The notes under the pieces are model-generated. The model was not told the origin of the DNA and made no database searches. It was given only the letters and a program-made list of their open reading frames with translations. Positions 1-12,829 of a stretch of DNA of 64,000 nt are shown here, in pieces; the stretch's first letter is position 1; every line of letters begins with the position of its first letter. The DNA comes from Eutreptiella sp. 'Long Island Sound 2002' (lineage: Eukaryota > Protista > Euglenida), in the NCBI GenBank assembly GCA_964036045.1, contig OZ038378.1, positions 195,114,001-195,178,000 of the forward strand, written 5' to 3'. The position numbers and the translations under genes are program-made.

Positions 1-208
1 CTCCCACAATTTGGAGGAGGCCAAAGCTGAAGCCGTGCCCGCCACCGTCATCATCGTCCGCCGTTGTGGAGGACCCGCCGTAGGACCCGCCGTGGGAGTC
101 GTCTTGCGAACCGCCGCCGTGGTACCATCCGCCTCCGTGTCCCCCTCTTGCGGCCACGAGGCCTGGCAGCAGAAGGAGGATCACAGTGACAGTGTGGATA
201 TCAGGCAT
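1..208 (-). CDS. 5' coding exon of a predicted secreted/surface Gly-rich protein (runs off the window edge)
   Basis: Manual translation from ATG at 208: MPDIHTVTVILLLLPGLVAARGGHGGGWYHGGGSQDDSHGGSYGGSSTTADDDDGGGHGFSFGLLQIVG. Hydrophobic signal peptide ending VAA, then a G/H/D-rich tract, no stop before the edge. Not listed in the ORF track. Confidence 0.65.
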   Translation of the reverse strand, partial: MPDIHTVTVILLLLPGLVAARGGHGGGWYHGGGSQDDSHGGSYGGSSTTADDDDGGGHGFSFGLLQIVG

Positions 209-224
209 CTTCAAATACAGCGGT

Positions 225-243
225 CTGTGACAAGAAAAGGAAC
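225..243 (-). promoter_or_regulatory. 3' splice acceptor (cis or trans) just upstream of the ATG at 208
   Basis: Minus strand reads gttccttttcttgtcacAG|accgctgtatttgaagATG: polypyrimidine tract + CAG, 16 nt before the start codon. Confidence 0.5.
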
Positions 244-519
244 GACTGCCGGATTCCAGGTGCGCTCGAATTCAAAAGAAATACAGCACAGTGGATGACC
301 GCACACTCAGTGGTACTCGAGCGGTGGCCTACGCCGGTTGGGGGGTAACCAACGGCGGTTGAGTAGTTGTATGGGGCGCCCTAAGGGCGCTCCTGAGCGC
401 CAGGGACATGAAAGAGCGCCCTGCCCAGAATCCTTTTTGAACCTCCCTCTGCAACAACACGATACCACGCCCTCCCCCCTTTTCCAGGCTACCTCGAAAG
501 CGGCACTCATTCCGTTGCC

Positions 520-870
520 CTCTGGTGCACCTGCCCCGGAATTGCTGGGGTCAGCCCCAGAATCACCAGGGCCAGCCCTGGACCAACCAAGGCCAGCCCC
601 GAAACTACTGGGGCCATCCCCGGACCAACAGGGACCTGCCACAAAATTAACGGGGCCGGCCCCGGATCAACAGGGGCCTGCCCCGGAATTACTGGGGCCT
701 GCACCGGATCAACCGGGACCAGCCCCGTGACTGCAGGGCCCAGCCACGGACCAACGAGGGCCAAACACAGAACTACCACAGCCAGTCCCAGAATTACCAT
801 GGCCAGCCCTGGAACTACCGGGGCCTGCCCCAGAATTACCGGGACCAGCCCTGGACCAACCGGGGCCAGC
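520..870 (+). repeat. Degenerate 21-nt minisatellite (GGGCCAGCCCCGGAATTACTG / GGGCCAGCCCCGGACCAACAG)
   Basis: Visible 21-nt periodicity; translates as GPAPELL/GPAPDQQ heptads in ORF 338..730. Confidence 0.85.
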
Positions 871-1262
871 CCCGCGGACATCAAGGAAATGTGCGCCAAC
901 AGCAGAGAAATGTCTGCCGACACCAGCGAAATGTCCTCCTATACCAGAGAAATGTCCGCCGACATGAGGTAAATGTCCGCAGACACGTGGGAAACATTGG
1001 TGTGCGCAGGCACTAGGGAACTTTTCCTGGACACGAGGGAAATGTCCGCGGACACCAGGGAAACCACCGCGGACACTAGGGAAATTTCTGCGGACACCAA
1101 GGAACTGTACGTGGACACCAGTGAAATGTCCGCAGACATTCGGGACATGTCTGGGGAATGTCCGCAGACACAAAGGAAATGGCCACGGACCAGGAAAATA
1201 TTCGGGGACACCAGGAGATGTCCTTGGACACCACAGAAATGTCTGCGGACACCAAGGAAATG
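871..1262 (+). repeat. Degenerate 21-nt minisatellite (GCGGACACCAGGGAAATGTCC)
   Basis: More than 15 tandem units; translate as ADTREMS heptads with one in-frame TAA at 970-972. Confidence 0.9.
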
Positions 1263-1899
1263 TTTCTTTTATGAGTTCCTGGCACTCAAGGTGTCTTTAA
1301 GTGTACTCAGGAGTTCCCCAGAAAGCAGAAGGTCCATTTATGTACGGTACAGATGCTCTCATAAGCTGAGAGGACCCGAGGCCCAAGCAATGTACTGGCA
1401 TACGATGAGTCAGTCCGTCATACAGCAGTGCATGAACTCTGCCACGCCCCATGGGCATTTAATCTATACTAAGTATGTGGTGTGAGTCGCTGCGTGTAGT
1501 GTATGGCGTGGTATCCCTTCACTGTGTCATATAGTGGCATGTGCATTAATACCCTGTGTTGTCAATGTGGTACTCCAGTGGGTCACGCAGTGTACAATGT
1601 GGAGACATGTTGTGGACATCCGTGCAGATGTATGTTCAGTAAGTGCATCAATGCAATGTGAGGTGCCGAGTATCATTAGTAGCATGGTGGCCGTGCGACG
1701 TGTGCACCGCGTCCCGCAGTGGTGTGTGCATGAGCGTGCTAGCAATACCAGACTTAGCAAAGTGTTGTGTCATGCACTGTGAAACGAAGTGATACGCCGT
1801 GCACATCCGTGTACACCCACAGGGTAGTGGGTTAGTGCGTGGGCACTCAATGCCAGCAAAATTGAAATCTAATTTGTGTCAGCGGACGGTGTTCCGAGG

Positions 1900-2460
1900 T
1901 AAAGGTCAGTCACTCAATCGTGTACCTAGGAGATACATCACGGGCAGGCAGTGCGAACACAACACACACACTTCTGCCTCATCCTCTGCCTCATCTTGCG
2001 TGGTGGCTGAGTGGCTTTTGTCAGTCCAAACATGAGGCAGGACATGCTCCCATGGTCCATAGGGGGGTGACGCATTTGCTGCGAATGCAACATTGCGTAA
2101 AATGCAGTAAAATACGGACTAACCGGTGCAACCCATTGGGGCCGCCATGCTGGATGTTCCTAACCAAGCTCCAATGCCACAAGCGAGCAAACAGCTGCTT
2201 AATGCATGCCCTATACCACCCATGCACGTCATTATAAGATTGTTAGCGGGCTGTCAAAGTGCCATTCTTCCTTCCAATGAATGGCACAATGACATGAATC
2301 GGGCCTTTATAAGCACCATCATGGCCCCCAACTTCGAAATCAAAGAAACCATGTGGGGTACGAGAAGGTCAATACCCATCCCAAATTAAAACATCATCTA
2401 ATTTGCTGGGGGCCAAGGGGCAGCTCCATATAATGTTGTCAACATATCAACAGCAACGGT
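1900..2460 (-). pseudogene. PIF/Harbinger-type (DDE_Tnp_4-like) transposase C-terminal remnant
   Basis: Reads DNIIWSCPLAPSKLDDVLIWDGY*PSRTPHGFFDFEVGGHDGAYKGPIHVIVPFIGRKNGTLTAR*QSYNDVHGWYRACIKQLFARLWHW, matching the D(G/A)AY...PF...YNxxHxxxRxxIExxFxxL pattern. Stops and a frameshift; ends YGPWEHVLPHVWTD..DEAEDEAEVCVLC. Confidence 0.65.
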
Positions 2461-2479
2461 CACCTGCGACATGCGACAC

Positions 2480-3430
2480 ATACTTAGGATTCCACAAATT
2501 GGCACTCCATATCCTGCCAATGGAAATGATGGGCATGGGGTGTGTGAAAATGTGAAAGAAGCATCAAAATACCCGTTTTCAAACAACAACAATGCCCATA
2601 GGGGGAATCCTTGCACTGCGCGCGCACTGCGCGCTACTTTTAGACTATGCTCCCCCGAAGAGCCCCTAGGCACGCCCCTTGGAAACACCCTTAGAATTAG
2701 GCGACCCAAATGGACTGGAGGGGACCTTGAGGGGGACCTTCCCGGTTCTTGTGGCAGCGGTGAAGGACCAGGGGCCTTTGGGGGGGAAACTTGACTGTGT
2801 GTTGGGCGGCGGAGATGGAGGGCAGTCACGTGGTGAGTCTGAAGTTGGGATGGCAAAGGTGATGGACTCCATCTTGCATCGCCGATTCACCACTCCAAAC
2901 GCATCTTGGTAGTATTCCAAGTGGAGGAGTCCGTCTTTAGCCGTCCCAACCACCGTGGCAGGGGGTTGCAGGCCATTGGACCGGGTGTAGAACACCCTAT
3001 CCCCAATACTCAGATCTATGGAGAAAGTGGGACTGAGAAATGAGGAGGGAAGTATGATGTCCTGTAGCAGGCACCCTCAAAGTGTGTCACCATATCAATC
3101 AACCGAGAAAAAGAGTAGATGTGGTGGAAATGGGGGGAAATGTGTGCAAAGAAGTAGAAATGGGTGAAACAGGGTGAACATCCAAAAAGGCCAGATCCCC
3201 GATGCATCAAAACCTATTACCAAACAACAATGATGCCCAAAATACCACAAAGTATGGGTTTCTACTACGGCTAGACACCCAAATAGTTGCATTGCGCGTG
3301 CACTGCACCCACACTGTGCTTAAGGTGCCCCCATAGTATCACAAAGTATGGGGTTCTAGGACAATAGACGTCCAAATAGTTGCACTGCGCGCGCACTGCG
3401 CTTAGTGCACCTACTAGAAGGTCACCGGTG
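2480..3430. repeat. Dispersed repeat family with TGCACTGCGCGCGCACTGC core (related copies ~14600-15050, ~19990-20200, ~20450-20530, ~8900-9010)
   Basis: Shared blocks gaagcatcaaaa..aaacaacaatg and caaatagttgcactgcgcg(t)gcactg recur at these positions. Confidence 0.7.
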
Positions 3431-3743
3431 GGGCATGGGTCAAAAACGATGCCCGCGCATGCCCAGCGTGCAAAGGCTCCCCCATGATTCACCCCCAAAA
3501 GTGATTGTGAATGATGAAAATGAGTAAAAGGAAGGGTAATGTTTCCAACTTCCACAGTATGAGAGGGCTAAAAAGTGGGTTGGGCTATCTTTAGGGCTAA
3601 AAGGACTATTTTTTACCACTCTGGGTGAGATCCCATCAACAGTGATGTCCTACCCGAATTTTTCAGAAATTTGCCCTCGTACCCCACCCGCCCGTTTGTA
3701 TAAGCCACACCAAAGTCCCAAATTAATATGGTCCCTACGCCTA

Positions 3744-4029
3744 CCCCCCCCCCCTTGCAATCTCCCCCCTTTTGCCAGGCACCCTTCTCCCAGGGGGAGG
3801 GGAACAATCATGAAGTGACAATCCCCCCTCCCCCGGGGGGGGGAAGGGATTGCACCACAAACCTGTACCATAGTATCACAGTGTAAATCAGCTTCGGTGC
3901 CTTTGGCTCCTTGTAAAATTTTTCTTTGGCGCCTTCAGTGCCTAGTATTTTCTATGCTTTTTGGGCCAAGTGACGGTCCCCCCCCCCGGGCGGGGGGGAT
4001 TGCAAGGAGGGGAGATTGCAAGGGGGGGG
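3744..4029. repeat. Small foldback/MITE-like repeat; related copy at 62054-62285
   Basis: ccccttgcaatctccccc (~3750) is the inverse of ggggagattgcaagggg (~4010); the same pair of arms flanks 62054-62285. Confidence 0.55.
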
Positions 4030-5134
4030 TTAGCTTGGACATGGGCGTACCTTGCGTGCAACACATACAACTACCGACACTGGGCGCCCAGGTTCAAAAA
4101 GAGAGGATTGCATGGTGAGCTGGTGCAAGAAAGGGGAATATAATGCACAGATATACCCGAAATCAGAGCTATGTGGGTTCAAGTGGGCAAACACTCACAA
4201 CAAATGTGTCCATGACTCTATTGGACACGCAAATTCGTCACCAAACTCATGTCTCATGGCTGCACCACATTTGGTACCAAATTAAAATTAGGTCCCAAAT
4301 TAATACAGTCCCTACGCCTACTGACAAGGGTGTAGCTTATACAGGGGGGGGGGGGGGGGGGCACAGCTGTCCCACTGTCCCAACCTTCTCCGAAGCATAA
4401 TTTTTTTGAATTTCCCACTGCAACAATGGGAGGGTTTACCCCCCCAAAACAACAGCACCTGGCAATGGGTCCAGGGATGCAGTGCAGTGTGTGTGAAACC
4501 TCACCTCTTGCAAGTGGCCCTGGTCAAGAGCGTGTTCAGAGACCACCGCACTGTCAATGGCTTTCGATGCCATCCACTCATCAGATGCCGAAAAAAAAAA
4601 GGACAATCAGAAGGCATGCATGACAATTGCTTTCTATTTTGGGAGGGAAGGGGTAGACAAAGATGTGCTGGCATAGCCTGCTCACTGTCTGGTACTAGAG
4701 ATGACTGTTGGGATGAAGGTTCACAGCTATCAAATTCTCCCATGATCCCACAAATAATTGTGCTGGCACATGTGACACAAACACGTGGCACTTGCAGATG
4801 CAACGTGAATCATCAATACCAAAGGGCACAGCCAAGTCTCCATAAATTGTAGGAAAATGCATTGTACAGCGTCATATTTACAAATGAGGCACGTTAGAAA
4901 TGAGCAAGGCATCAGCCAACGGTGAGCTACCAAGTTTGGGACAAGCGACAAAACCAAACCAAGGAAACAGCAGTGCAAACCCAAAGGGCACAAAGACAAC
5001 TGAGACAGACTTGCTTTATGACCATCAATGACAATGACATCATTCACGTGACACTGGCCCAACAGTAGTATTTCACTGCGCAGCCTGGCGTCGCCAAACA
5101 TAACAATGATGTCATCCACGTTGCACTGGCCCCA

Positions 5135-8100
5135 CAGAGATGCTTCACTGTCCCTGTCTATTGATGTTCACCGAACAGGGAACTGAAGCTTCCCCTCTGT
5201 GGCACTCCTCAGTGGTAAAGCATCCCCCACCATGGACCCCATTGGCAGGGGAGCACAACAGGGGAAGGACCTGGGCAAGGGAATGAGGACAGGTCGCAAA
5301 GGTTGGTGCAAATACCATATGCAAGCAATTGCATGTCATGCGTTACACATTGAAGTCGAGGACGGGGACTTCATCAGCAAATTCGGTTTCAGTCGAGTGT
5401 TGAGTGATCCATTCACTGATGCGGGGTTTCCGTCTGATTGAGGGGTCCAGCGGGGCATCAGTAATTTTATGCTTGTTGCAGGGTGGGTCCGGTGGGGGTA
5501 GTGACGCATTGATGCATTCACGTGTGTGCGGGACTACAGGACTCAGGACTCAACACCATGCACAGCCTTCGGCCCCGTTTGAGCCCCAGAGAGCTTTTCT
5601 TCCGGCCGGTTGGACCGCAGAAGGGCCACCGAATACCTGACCTGATGACACCTGCATTGACAGAAGAAGACACATGACTACAATTGCACAGAGAAGCATT
5701 CTGTGATACACCAACCTGACCTCCCGTTTAAAATCGGTGACACCCCCCCGCCGCAGAGTCGAGACTACCACAAATTCCTGGGACACAAAAATGAGGAAGG
5801 AGGACGTCCAACAATAACACCGAAAACTCAGAAATTGTAACACAAAGGGGGGGGGGTCCTTTTGGCTCGAAATGAGCATGATGGAGCCAGTTTGCTGGCT
5901 CTGCGCCTGGCAACTGGTGCCACTTTGTCGGCGCCGGAGAATAGTACGTGGCCTGCATTGTGCATGTAGGTGCGCATGCGTGCGTGCAAATTGAATCGCC
6001 GGCTGGCGGCAGAAATCATCCAAACTGCAAAAGTAGCCAGGTTGTTGCCGTGGTCCCTTCACCCCACAGCGTGACCCTCGCCTCCCCTCATACAGACAAT
6101 GTCCGGGCCTGCTTCTGCTGTGTTTAAATTATTGGCTATTGCTAAACATTACTTTGCGCATTTTTTCTGGGTGGGGGGGGGTGATTGCAGTGCTACCATG
6201 GCATGGCTTTGTGCCTCAAATTTGATTGTCTCCCGGGCCATAATTCTCACTTCTGAAGGGGGGGGGGGCAGCAGCTAGGGGGGCCATGTTTCTTCATTCC
6301 AGGTGGGGGCAGGCAGCGACATGCCCCGGGGTACCGTTCCAAAGCCTTCCACCACTTACAACCATAGCCCTCTAAGAATTGACACTTGTCATCTCAAACA
6401 CTTCTACGCATTAAGTATCAATTGTACGAGCAAAATAATTTTGCATGCACATCCTCTAACAATGTGGAGTCAAGAAATGCACAGCATTGCCTGCTTTTAG
6501 GCAAAAAGCCCCGGGGGGGGGGGGGATGCTTCTCACTTCTGAAGGGGGGTGGGCAGGCTAGGGTGCCCATGTTTCTTTATTCTGCAAGGGGGGGCCAGTG
6601 AGGAGGGGGCGCCAGCGACATGGCGTGGGGGTGGTACCATGGCATGGGCCTTGTGCCTCAAATTTGATTGTCTCTGACCATCTTCCCTGAAGAGAACCAA
6701 TGCTGATGCATCACAGCAGAACGTCCAAGACGTTGTGCAGTGGAGCAAAGGGCCTTTCACTGTCCAGCAAACGTGAGACATGGGCCAGAAACATGTGATA
6801 TCAGAGCACCAGGCAGAAGATTCATGTTGTCGCCTGTGTATCATAAGCACGATCCGGTGTGAAACTCGAACATGTGCTGACAAAGGGAAGGAAAAGAAGG
6901 ATAAGTCCTCCATGCAAAGCCCCCAGTACTGCACGGGTGTCCACTTTCCCAGTGGGGAAAGCTGAAGTGCACTCAATACCCCATCAAGCTCAGCAGTATA
7001 CTGAACCCACAGATACATGGGAACGAGACGAGGCAATCAGTTTCAGTCGGGTCGCAATGCCAACGGCCCGTAATGGTCTTACTTGCTGGTCTGTGCGAGG
7101 TGTTGCACAAAGAGCCCCGAATTCCCATTAGAGGTATGTACAGAGATGCTTCACTGTCCCTGTCTATTGATGTTCACCGAACAGGGAACTGAAGCTTCCC
7201 CTCTGTGGCACTCCTCAGTGGTAAAGCATCCCCCACCATGGACCCCATTGGCAGGGGAGCACAACAGGGGAAGGACCTGGGCAAGGGAATGAGGACAGGT
7301 CGCAAAGGTTGGTGCAAATACCATACGCAAGCAATTGCATGTCATGCGTTACACATCGAAGTCGAGGAGGGGCACTTCATCATCCATCAAACATTGAATG
7401 ATCCATTCAGTGAAGCAGGTTTTCCGTCTGACTGAGGGGTCCAGCGGGGCATCAGTAATTTTATGCTTGTTGCAGGGTGGGTCCGGTGGGGGTAGTGACG
7501 CATTGATGCATTCACGTGTGTGCGGGGGATCTGGAGGGCCGGTTTGTTGGGTTCTCTTACAGGACTCAACACCATGCACAGCCTTCGGCCCCGTTTGAGC
7601 CCCAGAGAGCTTTTCTTCCGGCCGGTTGGACTGCAGAAGGGCCACCGAATACCTGACCTGATGACACCTGCATTGACAGAAGAAGACACATGACTACAAT
7701 TGCACAGAGAAGCATTCTGTGATACACCAACCTGACCTCCCGTTTAAAATCGGTGACACCCCCCCGCCGCAGAGTCGAGACTACCACAAATTCCTGGGAC
7801 ACAAAAATGAGGAAGGAGGACGTCCAACAATAACACCGAAAACTCAGAAATTGTAACACAAAGGGGGGGGGGTCCTTTTGGCTCGAAATGAGCATGATGG
7901 AGCCAGTTTGCTGGCTCTGCGCCTGGCAACTGGTGCCACTTTGTCGGCGCCGGAGAATAGTACGTGGCCTGCATTGTGCGTGTACCCCCCCCCCTCTTGC
8001 GCAAGCACCAGCCAGGTCAGGAAAGTGACGGTCAGACTGGGACCTGGTGCTTGGACAAGGCACTGCAACCGCGCAACGCGCGGTACAAAAAGAAATCATG

Positions 8101-10996
8101 TCCCAAAAACCTGCCCATACCTCACCCTAAGCACAATAGTCGCTACAGGGCGGTTTTGGCGGGTCTGTGGGGTATGGGGGCAACTCTGGGCGCTCCCAAG
8201 TTGTAATTCCTTGGTTGTGGAATCTTCCCCAAGAGTAGAACAACTGATGATAGTGGCAGGCGCATGCTCCCCGGTGGACCGGATGTACGTGACAGCCAAG
8301 CCAGGGGTAACGACATTAGTCATGGCTGAAAATCACACCAAAACAAAGGGGGCGTTTTCGCACAGCGCGCGCACAGCGCCAGTTATTACGGTGTTTACCC
8401 CAGTAACAGCCCTGAAAACCTGCCACCTCTAGAAGCATGCATGAGCAATTCAAAAGTCCGAAATTCAAACGTGTCGTGTTCTCAGAATTATCCAATGTCC
8501 AAAACAATGCAATGTAGACAATAAAATTGTCTTGCGGGTGTTCAAGAACACCTGAAAATATATTAGGGGCTACTCGGGAACATCAATATCGCAAGTATGC
8601 TCATCCATGCAACCTCTACACAAGTAAAGGTCACACGTGGAGCATTCCGATGTGTCCCTTTTGCCACAAACTTGGCAAAGGAAAGTATCCTCCTCTTCAC
8701 TTCACCCTATCTCCAACATTAAAGTCCATGGGGAATGCAATAGAGGGTCTGAGAAATGAGAGCAAAAGATGATGCCCCGCAGCAAACACCCTGAGAATGT
8801 ATCACCATATACCGGCCTCAGGGTGCCCGTTTGCAAGGGTACATACATGCAAGAAGGGGGAGGGTTGATGCTACAAGGACACACAACGGCAATAGTACCC
8901 TGCGGCAATCCTACACCCAAAAAACTGCCTACCGGTGGTGGAGAATGGCCTACTTTTCGCACAGCGTGCGCACAGCGCACAGTACGCCCCCAAAGAGCAG
9001 TGGGGTGCAGTGCCAAGCAGAATGTTGTTGTAAGCAGGAGGACTCATCACAAGCATGACACAGCCCCTCTTGCCCTCTACAATCAGCACACAATCAGGCT
9101 TTGTCTACTTTCTGACCGTAAAAGGCGTGGTCAGAAAATTCGGTAAAAGTGACGGTCTGACCGAGTCCTGGTGTTTCGACAAGGCGGTGCTTGCGCAGGG
9201 GGGGGGGGGGGGTGCGTGTGCATGCGTGCAAATTGAATCGCCGGCTGGCGGCAGAAATCATCCAAACTGCAAAAGTAGCCAGGTTGTTGTCATGGTCCCT
9301 TCCCCCCACAGCGTGACCCTCGCCTCCCCTCATACAGACAATGTCCGGGCCTGCTTCTGCTGTGTTTAAATTATTGGCTATTGCTAAACATTACTTTGCG
9401 CATTTTTTCTGGGTGGGGGGGGGTGATTGCAGTGCTACCATGGCATGGCTTTGTGCCTCAAATTTGATTGTCTCCCGGGCCATAATTCTCACTTCTGAAG
9501 GGGAGGGGGGGGGGCAGCAGCTAGGGGGGCCATGTTTCTTCATTCCAGGTGGGGGCAGGCAGCGACATGCCCCGGGGTACCATTCCAAAGCCTTCCACCA
9601 CTTACAACCATAGCCCTCTAAGAATTGACACTTGTCATCTCAAACACTTCTACGCATTAAGTATCAATTGTACGAGCAAAATAATTTTGCATGCACATCC
9701 TCTAACAATGTGGAGTCAAGAAATGCACAGCATTGCCTGCTTTTAGGCAAAAAGCCCCGGGGGGGGGGGGGGTGCTTCTCACTTCTGAAGGGGGGTGGGC
9801 AGGCTAGGGTGCCCATGTTTCTTTATTCTGCAAGGGGGGGCCAGTGAGGAGGGGGCGCCAGCGACATGGCGTGGGGGTGGTACCATGGCATGGGCCTTGT
9901 GCCTCAAATTTGATTGTCTCTGACCATCTTCCCTGAAGAGAACCAATGCTGATGCATCACAGCAGAACGTCCAAGACGTTGTGCAGTGGAGCAAAGGGCC
10001 TTTCACTGTCCAGCAAACGTGAGACATGGGCCAGAAACATGTGATATCAGAGCACCAGGCAGAAGATTCATGTTGTCGCCTGTGTATCATAAGCACGATC
10101 CGGTGTGAAACTCGAACATGTGCTGACAAAGGGAAGGAAAAGAAGGATAAGTCCTCCATGCAAAGCCCCCAGTACTGCACGGGTGTCCACTTTCCCAGTG
10201 GGGAAAGCTGAAGTGCACTCAATACCCCATCAAGCTCAGCAGTATACTGAACCCACAGATACATGGGAACGAGACGAGGCAATCAGTTTCAGTCGGGTCG
10301 CAATGCCAACGGCCCGTAATGGTCTTACTTGCTGGTCTGTGCGAGGTGTTGCACAAAGAGCCCCGAATTCCCATTAGAGGTATGCACAGAGATGCTTCAC
10401 TGTCCCTGTCTATTGATGTTCACCGAACAGGGAACTGAAGCTTCCCCTCTGTGGCACTCCTCAGTGGTAAAGCATCCCCCACCATGGACCCCATTGGCAG
10501 GGGAGCACAACAGGGGAAGGACCTGGGCAAGGGAATGAGGACAGGTCGCAAAGGTTGGTGCAAATACCATACGCAAGCAATTGCATGTCATGCGTTACAC
10601 ATCGAAGTCGAGGAGGGGCACTTCATCATCCATCAAACATTGAATGATCCATTCAGTGAAGCAGGTTTTCCGTCTGACTGAGGGGTCCAGCGGGGCATCA
10701 GTAATTTTATGCTTGTTGCAGGGTGGGTCCGGTGGAGGTAGTGACGCATTGATGCATTCACGTGTGTGCGGGGGATCTGGAGGGCCGGTTTGTTGGGTTC
10801 TCTTACAGGACTCAACACCATGCACGGCCTTCGGCCCCGTTTGAGCTTTTCTTCCCAGAGAGCTTTTCTTCCGGCCGGTTGGACTGCAGAAGGGCCACCG
10901 AATACCTGACCTGATGATACCTGCATTGACAGAAGAAGACAAACGACTACAATTGGACAGAGAAGCATTCTGTGATACACCAACCTGACCTCCCGT
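5135..10996. repeat. Local segmental duplication A1-B1-A2-[insertion]-B2-A3
   Basis: Block A (cagagatgcttcactgtccc...) starts at 5135, 7141 and 10387; block B at ~5976-7140 and ~9215-10386. ORF-track duplicates are offset by exactly 3246 bp (e.g. 6533/9779) and are near-identical. Confidence 0.95.
7985..9212. mobile_element. 1.2 kb non-autonomous TA-target DNA transposon (Tc1/mariner/pogo-like MITE)
   Basis: TIR C(n)-..TGCGCAAGCACC at both ends; TA on the left and TG (probable mutated TA) on the right; empty paralogous site at ~5968 (cattgtgcatgTAggtgcgcatgcg); no coding capacity seen. Confidence 0.8.
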
Positions 10997-11270
10997 TTGT
11001 GCTTTTTTTTTCTGGGGGGGCGGGGGCTGATTGCAGTGCTAGTATGGCCTTGTGCCTACAATTTCATTGTCTCTGACCATATTCCACGAAGAGAACGGAT
11101 GTTGATGCAAGACACCAGGAAAATGGAGTGCGGCAAAGGCGGTAATCCCATCAGGCCACTCAAACTGACACGAATGAGATGTGGTCCCTTGAAATCAAAG
11201 CCCTGTTGACCAGCGGACACAAACATGTCATCATTCAGATCAGACAGACCTTCTCTTCCAAACCATGACA

Positions 11271-12459
11271 CAGCCATGTGCTTGTTTCGAGACGGTTTTG
11301 TTTGGTGGGGCATGGGGGGGAACAACGTGTGTGGAGGCACCCAGGCGGGGGGCGAGGGGCAGTTGAGGCCTGGCAAGGCCTCTGGAGGCAAGGGACAGTG
11401 GTATCAGAACCACATGCCTTGTTGCAGTTGCAGACAGGGCGGGCACGTTGACGCATGGCAGTCCTGTACTTCCAGGCGCATGCTGTGATACATGCCGCAT
11501 GGTGCAGCCAATGGGGAGGGACGGGAAACAAACTGCACGGAATAGTGTCTTATTTGAGATGGCATGTCCTTTACGGTGCAAGAATCAGCGCTCATATTTG
11601 CGGGTCCTAAAATGGCTCTGTGAACCCCCACTTGATAACACAACATGCACTCGATAGAGGGCGGCTTCTAACTGGACCTGGCAATAGTGAAAGCTGATTC
11701 CGCAAGCACAATGCAGCTGTTCGAGCTATCAAGGCAAGGCGACAGTGCATCAGTTGGGGGTGGGGGGTGTTGCAATACAGGACGGTGCCAGTAGGAAAGC
11801 GGCATGAGGGATACTGGTAAAGGCTTTGACGGTAGCTATCGCATATTGCAGGATCGCTTGTGTAAGCAAGGTCGTCCAAAGCGTCCGTACTGGTGCGAAT
11901 GTTGTGTGTCCTTGCAGCTGCCAGCCTCGTGTAGAGACACTGCTGACCGTAAAGGATGTTATACGAATTGCATGTGCAACTTTGCAAAAAGTATAAACGC
12001 CACCACCACCTATAGCCCCCCCCCCCAGGGGCTATATGATTCTAGATGAACGCCAGAGCTGAGGGGGGGGGGGGGGAAGCGTAGCTCCATTGCGGAAATA
12101 AGCGTAAAACACTTTTTCTTTGGCGTAAGTCACGCAACTTTTTCTTTTTTGGCGGAAGTTGCGTTTCTTTTTTCCGACCAAAACTTTTTTTCTTTGGCGT
12201 CCACAGCCTTGCCAACAGCCATGTGCTTGTTTCGTGACGGTTTTGTTTGGTGGGGCATTGGGGTGGAACAACGTGTGTGGCGGCACCCAGGCACCCAAGC
12301 GGGGGGCGAGGGGCATTTGAGACCTGGCAAGGCCTCTGGCAAGGCCTCTGGCAAGGGACAGTGGTATCAGAACCACAGGTCCTGTTGCAGTTGCAGACAG
12401 GGTGGGCACGTTGACGCATGGCAGTCCTGTACTTCCAGGCGCATGCTGTGATACATGCC
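11271..12459. repeat. Direct repeat pair of ~230-245 bp (11271-11496 and 12216-12459)
   Basis: cagccatgtgcttgtttcg...gcgcatgctgtgatacatgcc occurs twice with few differences. Confidence 0.9.
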
Positions 12460-12829
12460 TTGTGGGTTCGGGGTCCCACAGGATCAGGGTCACCAGCGAA
12501 CCTGGGCAGAGGTGCCTCAATGGACTCTGGAAGGGGCTGGGGCTGCCACTTGAAAAAGGAGCAAGGACTGAGGGTCTCATCTACTGAACATATATTGAAC
12601 CAACAAACAGAGCAGATGTGTGACATTTTCTTGGTGATGTCAGCATCTGCACCCCATGACGTGGGTGCGGAGGAGGCTTTCCCTTGGCAGGCAGGGCAGG
12701 GAAACATCCACTAGGTAGGATGCCGGCTGCCCCCCTTGCATAGTGTGGGGGCAATGGTGGTGTCGCACCATTTGTGCACAAAAAGGAAGCCATGCTGTAA
12801 TGCCTCAGGAAGACGTGGTTGCCATTAAC

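Noticed and set aside
4540-4590. Minus-strand CTGATGA...GAAA resembling a hammerhead ribozyme core
   Set aside because: Stem II cannot pair beyond the first G-C, and no matching stem III/NUH was found.
6303-10844. Duplicated short ORFs in blocks A and B as genes
   Set aside because: No recognisable domains, and overlapping ORFs occur on both strands; identity reflects recent duplication only.
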